64,000 bases of DNA from Octopus bimaculoides (lineage: Eukaryota), in assembly GCF_001194135.2 (NCBI RefSeq), contig NC_068990.1, forward strand, positions 18,206,805 to 18,270,804, given 5' to 3'. Below the pieces are notes generated by a model. It saw nothing but the letters and a program-made list of their open reading frames with translations. It did no database searches and was not told the origin of the DNA. Positions 12,454 to 23,905 of the stretch are shown in pieces (the stretch's first letter is position 1; the number at the start of each line of letters is the position of its first letter). The position numbers were made by a program, and so were the translations under genes.

Positions 12454-12717
12454 TAAGTAACAGTTATTATAGAGAAGATATGAAATATATTGTGAAGTGG
12501 AGGAATGAAAACAGACGTGAGATATGTAAGGATATTGTATTTGCAGTTCCATTGTTTAAGCCGAATGGTGTGTATATAAGTTACAGGAAACTTATATATA
12601 CTCCATTCTGCTCAAATAATGGAACTGCACATACAATATCCTTACGTATCTCACGTCTGTATCCATTCCTCCACTTCACTCTGTATTTCATATCTTCTCT
12701 ATAATAACTATTACTTT

Positions 12718-12799
12718 AACATTTTCTCGCACCGTTTCTGATGAAGGGATATAGTAAATATTCCGGAAACAGCTGTATGACCTTCTATTTATAAATGTT
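12718..12799 (+). ncRNA. Type I minimal hammerhead ribozyme, partly decayed stem I
   Basis: GUUU-CUGAUGA(12738-12744)-A-GGGAUAU(AGUAA)AUAUUCC-G-GAAA(12766-12769)-C(AGCU)G-UA/UGAC. U.U mismatch at the base of stem I; distal AACAUUU/AAAUGUU kept. Confidence 0.6.
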
Positions 12800-12987
12800 C
12801 TGCAAACTATTCACAGCCTTGGATATTTTATCTCATTCTGTTAATTTTATATAGATGTATGATAATATACCACCTATGTTAGACTCGTCATTCGTACCAT
12901 TATCGAACCTGGAGCTTAACTATAGTCTGTACATAAGACATAGCATTACCTGACACCTTTGGGTCTTCTTGACATCAATACCTCTTA

Positions 12988-13049
<62 letters not shown>

Positions 13050-13743
13050 CATACGTATATATGTATGTATACACCCACACACACACACAAACACGCCTGT
13101 GTACGTGTGCATGTGTGTTTGCATGTGTAAAGCTGTCCTTTTGGTTACTTGAAGATTGCTTTTTGACTCTTCAGAGACATATTCCGCAAAAGCAGTCTAC
13201 GTATATCGCATAACTTCCTCCTTTTGTACATCTGTGCAGATGACTGCCAAGTACATTCTCCAATGTCTCTAATATAGTGGCATAACTCAGTTTCAAAACC
13301 ATCACACCTTTTACAAAGAACGATTCCATAGAATAGAGAACATTTTCTTTATACCTATATACACCATGATTTTGAAACGTATACTGAGTTACGCTAACTC
13401 CTCCATAACCACAGCTACCATTCACTACATTATTTCGATTTGCTAAAACGTCTCCTTCTCTTCTGTGTATGGAGAAGAACCGAATCCGAAAAACAAAAGT
13501 CGAAAACATCTACGTAGACTCTTATTTATTTTTGTCGTATCTCTTGTATACTTCCCGCTTCTAATATGTTAGAGGCTTCGCTCTTTAATATGGGTAGGTT
13601 ATTTACAATGAAAAATAGTCAATGAACAATGAAGAAAGCTTGCTATGCGAACACCAATCGAGCAGGGGTTTTCTTGTATTTTCTGTTATATACTTTAGTT
13701 GGTTTTTATGACAATAACCAAGCTCTTTATTGAGGATAGGTTT

Positions 13744-13841
13744 CTAAAATTCTAGAAATAGTAGAGGAAGCTTACCAAAAAACCACCACCTAAAATTCTA
13801 GAAATAGTAGAGGAAGCTTACCAAAAAACCACCAACTAAAA
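13744..13841. repeat. 46-bp tandem duplication (2.1 copies)
   Basis: CTAAAATTCTAGAAATAGTAGAGGAAGCTTACCAAAAAACCACCA at 13744 and 13790. Confidence 0.95.
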
Positions 13842-14104
13842 CAACCCTTTTCTTAGCTTAGTAAAATACTTGTATTGATTCGACACTTAATCCGAGTAAT
13901 TTGTACCTTCCCAAGTTTACTGACGTCGACTCTAATTTTGGAAATGTGAGTGGATTTACGAACTTCGTGGAGAGGAGGGCTCACAATAACACCAGAATAG
14001 CACCGCAATTAACTCCACTTTACGCCTTCTTTATATTGCTTGAGTATTTAGTCTCGTATTTCAAGGCGTCATCTTCGACACTTTAACCATTACGTCTTGC
14101 TATG

Positions 14105-14232
14105 ATTCTTTATTTTATCGACTCCGAAAGGTTGAAAAGAAAGTCGGCCTCAGTGGGATTTGAACCTAGAGTGCAGATTGACAGAACAAATATCACAAAA
14201 CGTTTTGTTCCACCCTTTACCGATTCGGCTTA
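14105..14232 (-). mobile_element. SINE family A, partial
   Basis: TTATTTTATCGACTCCGAAAGG..GAAAAGAAAGTCGGCCTCAGTGGGATTTGAAC. Confidence 0.6.
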
Positions 14233-14569
14233 TGAAATAATTAGCGACTACACTTCATTGTCAGAAGTGGTATCCTCTACAGCTGTTGTGTAAACGCTGG
14301 TGAATGTTTCTCCAAATCATAGTGACGCAACCTATGAGACAGCTATGTTAAAATTGTCCTAATTTATTTTTTTATATGAAACTCTCTCTAGAAATACTAC
14401 GTGCTCTATGATCGTTAATCACTCAAAGAAGAGATAATACTAACAAAATATATATGATGATCTAATTTGTTTTCAAGTTGATACAAAATGAATTATTGTA
14501 TGGAAGTTAGTCGTAAGGGTTGTATCGACTTTATTATTTCAATATAACATAGGTTTCTTTTTAGTAGGT

Positions 14570-14679
<110 letters not shown>

Positions 14680-15254
14680 TATACATTCTAGTTAGAGTAG
14701 CTATGGAATGCTATAACTTTTATGTCATTCTCGAAGAAAATAGTGACAGAAGAGAAGTATATTGGCTTCATTGAATAATCGCATCATTCTCGACACCACG
14801 GCTTGATGACAGCTTAATTCTTGCTCTATATCATACCATAATGCTGCACATTCTTGGTTTCATGTTTCCGAGTTATAGATTCTTTATATTTTAGGAATAG
14901 AAAAGATTATATGTTTTGACATTCATGCCTATCTCATTGGTGTTCTCAGTGTTTTTGTAACGAATTGCTGTCGAATGGGAATTAAAATCATATCACCGTC
15001 TCGATCCGCCATTGACTCACCTACCTCCATATAAGACTCCTGATAATCTTGTTTTTTTCCGGGTCGACTGAAGTATATATTACAAATGACAGCCCCCGAC
15101 TGGCGGGTCGGGAGCATGACAAAATATCAGTGGAATAGTTTAACAATATTCAATAAATTTCATACGTCATGATCACAACGAATATTTAACTAGAACACAT
15201 AATCATATAACTATAAAATATTCAGTCGTCTATTAATTCTGGTATTGTAATCTC

Positions 15255-15425
15255 GATTGCAAGATCGTGGTTTCGATTCCAGGACCGGGCGTTGCTCCAA
15301 TCCCTTCATATGCAAATGAGTATCCCTGTAAGAGACTGGCCTCCTGTTGGAGGAAAACATAGTGATCTCGGTCTCTTATAGGCCGTAGAAACTGAATAAC
15401 TGGCTCTAAGAGTTCTAGGGCTCGA
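15255..15425 (+). mobile_element. SINE family D, internally deleted copy
   Basis: GTTTCGATTCCAGGACCGGGCG, GTTGCTCCAATCC, AAATGAGTA, GGCTCGAGA shared with 41774-41980 and 42305-42545. Confidence 0.55.
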
Positions 15426-15496
15426 GACAGTAGTATACAGAGTGACATACTACATCTGTAAACATGTACAGAGTTAATATGATGGTAGCTCCGTCA

Positions 15497-15712
15497 TGGC
15501 GTTGAACTAGCAGAATCGTCAGTACACCGGGCGATATGCTTTGCAACATTTCGTTCGTTTTACGTTCTGAGTTCGAATTCCACCGAAGTTCAGTTTTCCT
15601 ATCATCTTTTCGGAGTCAATAAAATAAGTACCAGGTGAACGCGGTGGGGAGGTGATGTAATCGACTTACACCTCCTATAAAATTGCTAGCTTTGTGTGAA
15701 GATTTGAAACCA
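15497..15712 (+). mobile_element. SINE family A, near full length
   Basis: A-box-like TAGCAGAATCG, B-box-like GAGTTCGAATTCC, AATAAAATAAGTACCAG, GATGTAATCGAC, tail TTTGAAACCAAT. Confidence 0.8.
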
Positions 15713-16140
15713 ATATGATGGTAGCTTCATTGTTTTGGATATATAAGTTCAAATCTTTTTGAGAAGAACGATTGGTTAAGACAATATTATTTGTTATAGG
15801 CATATCATATGAATACTAAACTTTTCAGTAATGTCAACAGTGCCCAATATATTCTCTGATTCACTGCCGTAATATTAGTAATAAAAATAATTAAACGTCT
15901 GATAAATCATCTCGTCTGATTGATTCTTTAGTTCCTACTCTAACCAATAGAACATTTTCCTTACTTGTACTAAAATATCCACTTCCTGATTAGTTCAATA
16001 ATCGAATGTCTGTTATAATTACTTGTTGATTATGAAACTACATTCACGAAATAATTTGTTTCTTCGCTTGATAGAAGGAGCAACACGCAACTGTAACCTG
16101 TCTCACATTTTCATAGTAACAAACCAATTATTGAAACTAA

Positions 16141-16219
16141 TCACACACACACATACACGCACAGACACACACACACACACGCGCACAGACACAGACACAC
16201 AAACACAGACACAGACACA

Positions 16220-16305
<86 letters not shown>
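16141..16305. repeat. (CA)n/(CACAGA)n microsatellite
   Basis: Directly visible. Confidence 0.98.
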
Positions 16306-16306
<1 letters not shown>

Positions 16307-16438
16307 GTGAATAGACAAATGAAAGAAGTACCACTCAACATATTTGGTCGAAGTTACACGAATCTGAGTTAGGTCCGTTGGACGAGCCTACGATACTTTA
16401 TATACTACGATAAGCTGTATTTGACCAAATAATAATGT

Positions 16439-16475
<37 letters not shown>

Positions 16476-16544
16476 ACATTCATACACAAGCGCGCGCACA
16501 CACACGCGTCCCCAACACACACTTAAACTAGCCTGCAAGTGACT

Positions 16545-16785
16545 GAGCACTCCATAAGTAGGCTTACTCTTAACGTAGTTCCCAGAGAGGCTCAGCGTAA
16601 CAGAACCTGTGACAAGGCGGGCCTTTGAAATGCAGGTACTACTCATTTTTGCCAGCTGAGTGGAACGGAGCAACGTGAAATAAACTGACTTGTTCAAGGA
16701 CACAACGCGCTACCGGAAATGGAAATCATGACTTACGATCGTTAGCACAATACCTCTAACCACTGAGCCACGAACCTTCATAATA
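16545..16785 (-). mobile_element. tRNA-headed SINE, family E (D-like head, different 3' domain)
   Basis: Reverse complement: GTGGCTCAGTGGTTAG (A box), GTTGTGTCCTTGAACAAG, TTTCACGTTGCTCC..CCACTCAGCTGGCAAAAATGAGTA (shared with D), then TTTCAAAGGCCCGCCTTGTCACA...AACTACGTTAAG. Confidence 0.75.
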
Positions 16786-17272
16786 CATACATACATTGAA
16801 GCAAACTATTGAAAACTAAATTTTAAGTGAAATGAAATATAATCAGTAAATGGTATTTTGACTGGAGGTTACGAATCAACTGAACAATATTGACATGAAC
16901 AATAATTTCTACAACATTTTGTTTCTATACGAAGATTCATATCTCAAGCGATGTACACTGAAATGAAAAACCTGATATTGTATAGACAATGTATTTCGTA
17001 TAATAAAACTAGTTATATTGTTTTGTCATTACATACATTGTATACTCATGATTAACCCACTGGTGGTGAAGCTTGTATGATTTCTCTGTAGAATCATTTT
17101 ACTTGTCTTACTCATTATACTTGTAGTTTAAGTCGGTTGCTGATAACTGAAATTGATCGTCTGCTATAAATTGAATAAACATTGCTACAGTATACTGTTC
17201 ATTTTACATTTCGATTATGAAGTCGAACGTATATGGAGAGGCAAAATTGAATGATATGAGTTCGTGTCTGAT

Positions 17273-17450
17273 CGAACATGATTTCGAGCATGTCAAACAT
17301 GATTTCGAGTCAAACATGATTTCGAGTCAAACATGATTTCGAGTCAAACATGATTTCGAGTCAAACATGATTTCGAGTCAAACATGATTTCGAGTCAAAC
17401 ATGATTTCGAGTCAAAAGTGATTTTGAAGTCAAACATGATTTCGAGCATG
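17273..17450. repeat. 17-bp minisatellite (CAAACATGATTTCGAGT)
   Basis: Seven perfect copies 17294-17412, one 18-bp variant, partial copies at both ends; no spacers. Confidence 0.97.
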
Positions 17451-17970
17451 GAAATAAATGATTTTTATGGAGTACGTATAGTTTGTTAGGGTAAGAAGAT
17501 TACAGGCGAAGCCAGCCATGTGGAGCACCCATATATCTATATTGTCGTCGTAACTTTGTGGGTATGTTCTGCTTGAAGACAACAACACATTTTACGATGT
17601 TGGTGTGCCATGTTACGTGTTTTAGTTTGCGTTTTACAGGCAGCACACTGTCTTTACCGACACAATTCAGCTAGAAATGCTGTGCACAGATTTAGCATTC
17701 TCTCTATCCAGCGTATGAACATATTATATTCATTCTTTCACAACTTAGAACACTTACTTCATTAATATCTCAGAACTAGATTTTACTATAAAAAAAAATA
17801 ACAAGTAGATTTACTTCTGATGTTTTGATGAATTAGCACAGTACGATATCTCTTGGTCGACAAAGTGGAAATAAAATGTTTTAAAGATTTCCTTTGGCGG
17901 CGTTATGATGGCATTTGTTTTATGTCCGTAGATATTCTGTACACTTGTTCCATAAGTTCTTTTTGCAAGC

Positions 17971-18128
17971 GCAGGTGTGGCTCTGCGGTAAAAATTTCCT
18001 TTCCCAACCACATGGTTCAGTATTCAATCACACTGCGTGGCACTTTGCATAATATCTTCTGGCATAGTCTCAGATCGACTAAAGACTTGTGAGTGGATTT
18101 TGTAGTCGGAAAGTAAAAGAAACCCGTT
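17971..18128 (+). mobile_element. SINE family C (tRNA-like head)
   Basis: GCAGGTGTGGCTCTGCGGTAA...CCAACCACATGGTTC...CACTGCGTGGCAC...TTGTGAGTGGATTT matches 34191-34318. Confidence 0.75.
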
Positions 18129-18139
18129 GTCAAAATATA

Positions 18140-18352
18140 TTATTGAGTGAAATGTTTTGAAATATTTTGGCAACTTATTTGCCAAATTTGTAGGATTATA
18201 AAGAAAAGCATCCTAGCATTCATAGTAGTGACCATCCTATTGCACCGTCTGAAGCTAACTTTCTGTCAGTTCCTTGATCCCACGCTGGTAACAGTTCTTG
18301 ACCTCTGAGAAGATCTTCGCTGAAGCTTCCACTACCTCTTGGCTGATGAAAC
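18140..18352 (-). mobile_element. Mariner 3' fragment, same family as 8455-8893
   Basis: Reverse complement translates GFISQEVVEASAKIFSEVKNCYQRGIKELTE..LQTVQ.DGHYY and aligns with 8690-8893, including the TIR-like end. Confidence 0.75.
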
Positions 18353-18418
18353 CCCTCTCTCTCTCTATATATATATGTCTGTGTGTGTGGGTGTGTGTGT
18401 GTGGGTGTGTGTGTGTGG

Positions 18419-18449
<31 letters not shown>

Positions 18450-18855
18450 TGTGTGTGTGTGGGTGTGTGTGTGTGGGTGTGTGTGCCTGTATATATATAA
18501 AGTGCAGACTGGTGCACGAGAACAACAAGGAAGTGTATTAGTTTGACGCTCGGGAAAAATGAAAAATTCTTTTACGTTTCGAGCCTACGCTCTTCAACAG
18601 AAAGGAATAAGAGAAAATATACAGAGTGAGAATGAAAAAAATTGTTTATTACAGCTATCCAACATGTTGAATGATTGGAAAAAAAGAGAGTGAAAGAAAG
18701 GGGTATAATTAAAAAAAGCGGTTGAATGAAAGGGACATAATAAAGTGATAGTGATCCCAATAAGAAGGGCGCGTGCGTTTGTGTATATGTGAGAATGGTG
18801 TGTGTGAGCATGTAAGTGTGTGGGTGTGAATAGGGATGAATGACTCTGACGTTTG

Positions 18856-18887
<32 letters not shown>

Positions 18888-19559
18888 CGTGTGCGTGCGT
18901 GTATATCATGTGTGTAGCAGCTGATGCGTACCTCTTTAGGTGCAGTGTGCAAATATGTGTGTGTGTCTGTGATTAGACAGTGTGCATGTATATGGTGTAT
19001 ATTTATGGGCGAAAGTTATCTTTGTCTATGTATGTTGTGTGTGTTAATGCGTGTTGCTTGTGTATGTATATATAGCATGTGTTCTGGTATTATGTGCTTG
19101 TGTGGGTGTGGAAGAATACAACAAGGAGAAAAGTTAGACGAAAGCAGAGTAAACGGAAAATTAAAAGAAAACTAAACGGACGGGATATTAGACATCCACA
19201 AGATACACAGGTCATTCGTTTTGCGTTTTTCTCGTCAATCAAGGACGCAAAATATCATAACAGTTTCATGCCAATAACCTTTGATACTGTTCAATTTTGC
19301 AGGTGCCAATACTTTTATTGAGCTACAGGGAAAAAGCAAGTGAATGTATGCTAAGACAGAAACAAACAAGACATTATACAAATACAACAGACAACGAATT
19401 ACGAATATATAATAGCACGAAACCTTGCGGCCATATACGGAGGAAGAGAAAAAAAAATTATACATACAGCGCAAATACAAGCGAAAGAGTTTTGCAGCTG
19501 TCGAGCAAACTAAGTGGGGTTGGACAAAGTGAAAATAGAGTGAGTCCTATATCTATCTA

Positions 19560-19593
<34 letters not shown>

Positions 19594-19603
19594 CATCCAT
19601 CTT

Positions 19604-19636
<33 letters not shown>

Positions 19637-19947
19637 TTGTATATATATATATANNNNNNNNNNNNNNNNNNNNNNNNNNNNNNNNNNNNNNNNNNNNNNN
19701 NNNNNNNNNNNNNNNNNNNNNNNNNNNNNNNNNNNNNNNNNNNNNNNNNNNNNNNNNNNNNNNNNNNNNNNNNNNNNNNNNNNNNNNNNNNNNNNNNNNN
19801 NNNNNNNNNNNNNNNNNNNNNNNNNNNNNNNNNNNNNNNNNNNNNNNNNNNNNNNNNNNNNNNNNNNNNNNNNNNNNNNNNNNNNNNNNNNNNNNNNNNN
19901 NNNNNNNNNNNNNNNNNNNNNNNNNNNNNNNNNNNNNNNNNNNNNNN

Positions 19948-20545
19948 ATGGACTCGTACGAAGTTTGAATTGTTTCCAAAGGGATTTTTGTCCATTCTTC
20001 TGCAAAAAGCAGTCTCCAGTTCTTGTAGTGATGATGGTAGAGGATATCCACTCCTTACTTGTTTTTCTAAAATGCACCATTAATGTTCAATAATATTGGG
20101 ATCTGGGGACTGTGGTGGCCAGATAAGATGTTCAACTTCACTAGAATGTTCTTCGTGCCATTCAATAACAACTTTAGCTGTGTGAATTGGTGCATTATCA
20201 TCCTGAAAGATTGCGTTTCCCCCCGGAAACAGTTCTGCAACCATGGGATGACTTTGATAAGATAAAATACTTAAATGATCTTGACTATTCTGCAATGAAG
20301 GCAAACCATTGGGTCAGCGGATTTCCAAGATATATCTCCCCAAATCATCACAGATCCTCCTCCATGTTTTACAGTTGGAAGAAGGCAGTCTGGTTCAGAC
20401 GCTTCTTTTGGCTGTCTCCACACGTATATTCGGTCGGTGGTTGGAAATAAGGTAAAGAATGACTCGTCCAAGAAAATTATATTCTTCTACTGCTCTAGGA
20501 TCAATTCGGTAGGTTTTTTACTCCACTCTAAACGCTTTCCCACTT
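19948..20545 (-). mobile_element. Tc1-like transposase catalytic-domain pseudogene, DD36E spacing
   Basis: KRLEW...IIFLDESFFTLFPTTDRIYVWRQPKE...PTVKHGGGSVMIWG...AIFQDDNAPIHTAKVVIEWHEEHSSEVEHLIWPPQSPDPNIIEH*WCILEKQV; frameshifts and stops; truncated by the gap. Confidence 0.92.
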
Positions 20546-20744
20546 CTGGAAACATATCTAGTCCGGATTTTATCTACTCCATTCCTTAACTTTTGTATAC
20601 TTATTCGCACACACGGCAACGCTGGTTGCCTACCGTGAAATATAAAAAGAATTGTTTAAAAGTTATCGTACTTTGATAAGAAAAATTCCACAACCTTCCG
20701 TCTCAATAGAGTTGTTGTTTTTTTATATTTACAACGGTAAATCT

Positions 20745-21013
20745 TTATATATCACGTAACCGACCAGACTATCAGATGCTGTTATACATTGCTGGTCATA
20801 ATGCACTTGGCATCGTTTTAGCCTTCGAAAGACACCATCCCACTGGCGAGGCGAGCAGGAAAACATTCCTGCACTCCTGATCAAAAGTCATTCAGATGCT
20901 ATGTGAAATGAAATGTGTTGCTCAACAACAGAACGTGCTGCACGGTTTGAGAATCGAACCCATGATCTAGCGATCGTGAGTGCAATAGCTTAACCACTAG
21001 GCCATGCGTCTTC
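20745..21013 (-). mobile_element. Composite: D/E-type tRNA SINE head (20880-21013) next to an unclassified repeat
   Basis: Reverse complement GCATGGCCTAGTGGTTAAG...GGGTTCGATTCTC (A and B boxes), TTGAGCAACACATTTCATTTCAC. Confidence 0.6.
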
Positions 21014-21824
21014 ACAGACACACAAACACGCACAGACACACAGACACACAGACACATACACTCAGATAGAGAGGGAAAGAGGTATCTATGTCTTTAAATA
21101 TACACAGATACACATACACTTATATTGATCTATGTACCCGCTTTCCCACTAAGAGCTTGCTGATGTTGGTTCAAAAGCTATTGATAATATTAATGACATA
21201 CTGTTAGTCTTCAGTCTGTTTCTATGTATTTATATTTATGTCTGCAAGTGTTTATATATATATATTTGTATATGTATATGCGTGCGTAGTATTCAAAAGC
21301 GTGAATGAAAATCACATGTATCTCTCAATACGCTATTGCATCATAATCAAAAGATTCAACATCGTGTATAGTGACAACAGGAAGCCACCTTGTGGAAGCA
21401 TCTATCTCTGAAGAATATTCAATAAAACCGGAAATCGCTCGTATGAAGAGCAATTGAATGAAATATTTCAACAGGCAAACGAACTACCATCGTACACTTC
21501 CTGTGCCAGGAGCTTCCTACACTAAATGGTGTGCTTACTTTCAAAATACGATTATAATGTAATCTTAGCAGTTTTCCATCTTGTGTTTCCTGCTATAGTA
21601 TTTTACCTCCTTTTCTATAACTCAGTATATAGAATTTCAATTATTTTGCTTATCTCAAGCTTTTCTGTTTTCTCTCTCACTCCTCTTTCCTGCCCACTCT
21701 CTCTGTATGATTATTTCTAAAAATATTGTTGTATTAGAGTTGATATGGTCTTGTAATTATGTCATCCTGTTTGTATTTATGTAAGTATGTCTGTGTTTTG
21801 TATATTTGTCTACATGTATGTATA

Positions 21825-21872
21825 TATTTATGTATGCATGTATGTATGTATGTATGTATGTATGTATGTATG

Positions 21873-21935
<63 letters not shown>

Positions 21936-21955
21936 ATTTATCCATCTATCTCTAT
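21825..21955. repeat. (TATG)n/(TATC)n/(TGTC)n microsatellite
   Basis: Directly visible. Confidence 0.95.
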
Positions 21956-22087
21956 CTCTTGTGTCAATATTTAAGCACTTTGAATTTTCAAAGTGAACAC
22001 ACTGTTAATGATGTCTGCTGATGTATGACATTGATGCTCACCAGACCAATTACGATGTGATAGGCCATGCGGTAAACTACTATAAGA

Positions 22088-22191
22088 GCATTATCATTAT
22101 TATTATTATTATTATTATTATTGTTATTATTATGGTTATTATTATTGTTATTATTATTATTGTTGTTGTTGTTGTTGTTGTTGTTGTTATT
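22088..22191. repeat. (ATT)n-(GTT)n microsatellite directly preceding a SINE A head
   Basis: Directly visible. Confidence 0.95.
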
Positions 22192-22402
22192 AAGGTGGCG
22201 GGCTGGTAGAATCGTTCGCAGGCCGGGCGAAATGCTTAGCGGTATTTCGCTCGTCGCTACGTTCTGACTTCAAATTCCTCCGAGGTCGACATTGCCTTTT
22301 ATCCTTTTGGAGTCGATAAATAAAATACCAGTGAATCACGGGGTCGATGTAATCGACTAGTCCCCTCCCCACAAATTTGAGCCTTCAGTAGAAAGGATTA
22401 TT
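22192..22402 (+). mobile_element. SINE family A, well-preserved copy
   Basis: AAGGTGGCGGGCTGGTAGAATCGTT...GACTTCAAATTCC...GAGGTCGAC...GGGGTCGATGTAATCGAC...AGTAGAAAGGATTATT. Confidence 0.85.
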
Positions 22403-22434
22403 CTTACTATCATTATTGTCATCATCATGAAGCC

Positions 22435-22632
22435 GATTAGCCGGCGGAATCAATGGTACGCCGGACAAAAGGTTTAGTGACATTTCGCCTGCCTTAGCGT
22501 TCTGAGCTCAAACTCTGCCGTCATCGACTTTGTCGCTTATTCGATAAAATAAGTACCAGTTGCGTACTGGTGTCGATGTAATCGAGTAAACTTCGCTAAG
22601 ATTTCAGGCTTTGTGCTTATAGTACAAAAAGG
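22435..22632 (+). mobile_element. SINE family A, second copy in tandem
   Basis: CGATAAAATAAGTACCAGTTG..TACTGGTGTCGATGTAATCGA...TTTCAGGCTTTGTGCTTATAGTA. Confidence 0.75.
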
Positions 22633-22633
22633 T

Positions 22634-22742
22634 TCTTCTTCTTCTTCTTCTTCTTCTTCTTCTTCTTCTTCTTCTTCTTCTTCTTCTTCTTCTTCTTCTT
22701 CTTCTTCTTCTTCTTCTTCTTCTTCTTCTTCTTCTTCTTCTT
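22634..22742. repeat. (TCT)n microsatellite
   Basis: About 36 perfect units. Confidence 0.98.
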
Positions 22743-23329
22743 CCACCTCCCCCATATTAGCCGGGCATGACGAATTAAACGGTGAATCTATCAGTTTTCA
22801 AAAATTAAATAGTCTGATTGTAGATTTACGTTTACGATATCTCCTCTTAAGATTAAAGCATGCTTTCAGCAATGGGCAAAATGAAATAACAAACCTTAAT
22901 ATTATTGATATCCGACGCTATCATCTAGTTAAACAATTTCCTAAACAGTTGCATATTCACAACAATAGACTATGTTGGGTTAAATAAACTATCTATATTT
23001 ATAAACTAGCAGTTACCCTAGAATTAACAGTCACTTGGAGAAGTAAATTAAATATAGAATAGATATTCTATGTAGCGCAGCAAGTAAAATAACGCAGATA
23101 ACATTATATAAACATTTTAGGAAAATTTTAATGAAAATACATATTGTATGATAATTAAATACAACATAAGCACAAATACTACTACAAACACTCGAATACT
23201 GAATATCCTCTTTAAATGCTGTTTTAAATAAACATAGCTTTGGAGAAGCCATACTCAGAAAAGCATACTTCTGTAAACAAATTGCAAACATTCTATAGAA
23301 CTATACACTGTAACAAAAGAACATTAGAA

Positions 23330-23905
23330 TGTTAAGGTTATCTCTACAGATATTTTATACAAATTATTGCTACGACGTTCCGTATTCGAGACGTCAGATG
23401 AAAACAAACAATGAAATCGAAGACGTGGGAAGGGTAATAAGTGAATATGTCAGATTTACGGGATGGGGGTTCCACTTCATCAGCACCCATCCAGCACTTT
23501 AATCATCCTCGAACACATTGCTTGAATAGCCACTATATACAGCGGTGTTTTGGTTATTGGATATACCAATTTTACATATTAAGCGCATTCCTGGAAGCTG
23601 GTACGTAAATGCTAATGACTTTTAGATACGGGATCTTTCGTAATGCACCCATAATTTACGATACAGTTTATTAAACATTTTCATTAGTCAATATCGTGTT
23701 CCAATGTGTTAGCAACGCGCTTTTACATTACTTGTTAATGTTATCTCTACAGATATTCTATAGAAATTACAGCCAGCACTCAATTTTACTACGACGTTTC
23801 GTATACGAGGCGTCAGGTGTAACCACACAATGAGACTGAAGATGTGAAAAGGATAATAGGTGTATATGCCTTCATCAGCACCCATCCAGCTCTTTAATCA
23901 TCCAG
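23330..23905. repeat. Diverged direct repeat (23330-23510 and 23736-23905)
   Basis: Shared TTATCTCTACAGATATT, CTACGACGTT.CGTAT.CGAG.CGTCAG, CTTCATCAGCACCCATCCAGC.CTTTAATCATCC. Confidence 0.8.

Larger units (their letters stand above)
12329..12842. repeat. Long fold-back palindrome (254-bp arms, 6-nt spacer ACAGGA)
   Basis: Manual alignment of 12329-12582 against the reverse complement of 12589-12842: 22 mismatches, no indels (~91%). Confidence 0.97.

Noticed and set aside
11776-12704. ORFs MNSFQNIYKEK... (194 aa and 115 aa)
   Set aside because: One is gap-filled; the other reads across the palindrome. No protein similarity, and the DNA is better explained as an RNA-structure element.
14929-15117. 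62-aa minus-strand ORF or short exon
   Set aside because: No homology and only weak acceptor context.
17273-17450. CRISPR-like array
   Set aside because: Units are contiguous with no unique spacers, there are no cas genes, and the context is eukaryotic.
22192-22300. SINE heads (families A, C, D, E) as tRNA genes
   Set aside because: A/B-box-like motifs are present but no cloverleaf forms; they continue into repeat bodies and are multi-copy and diverged.
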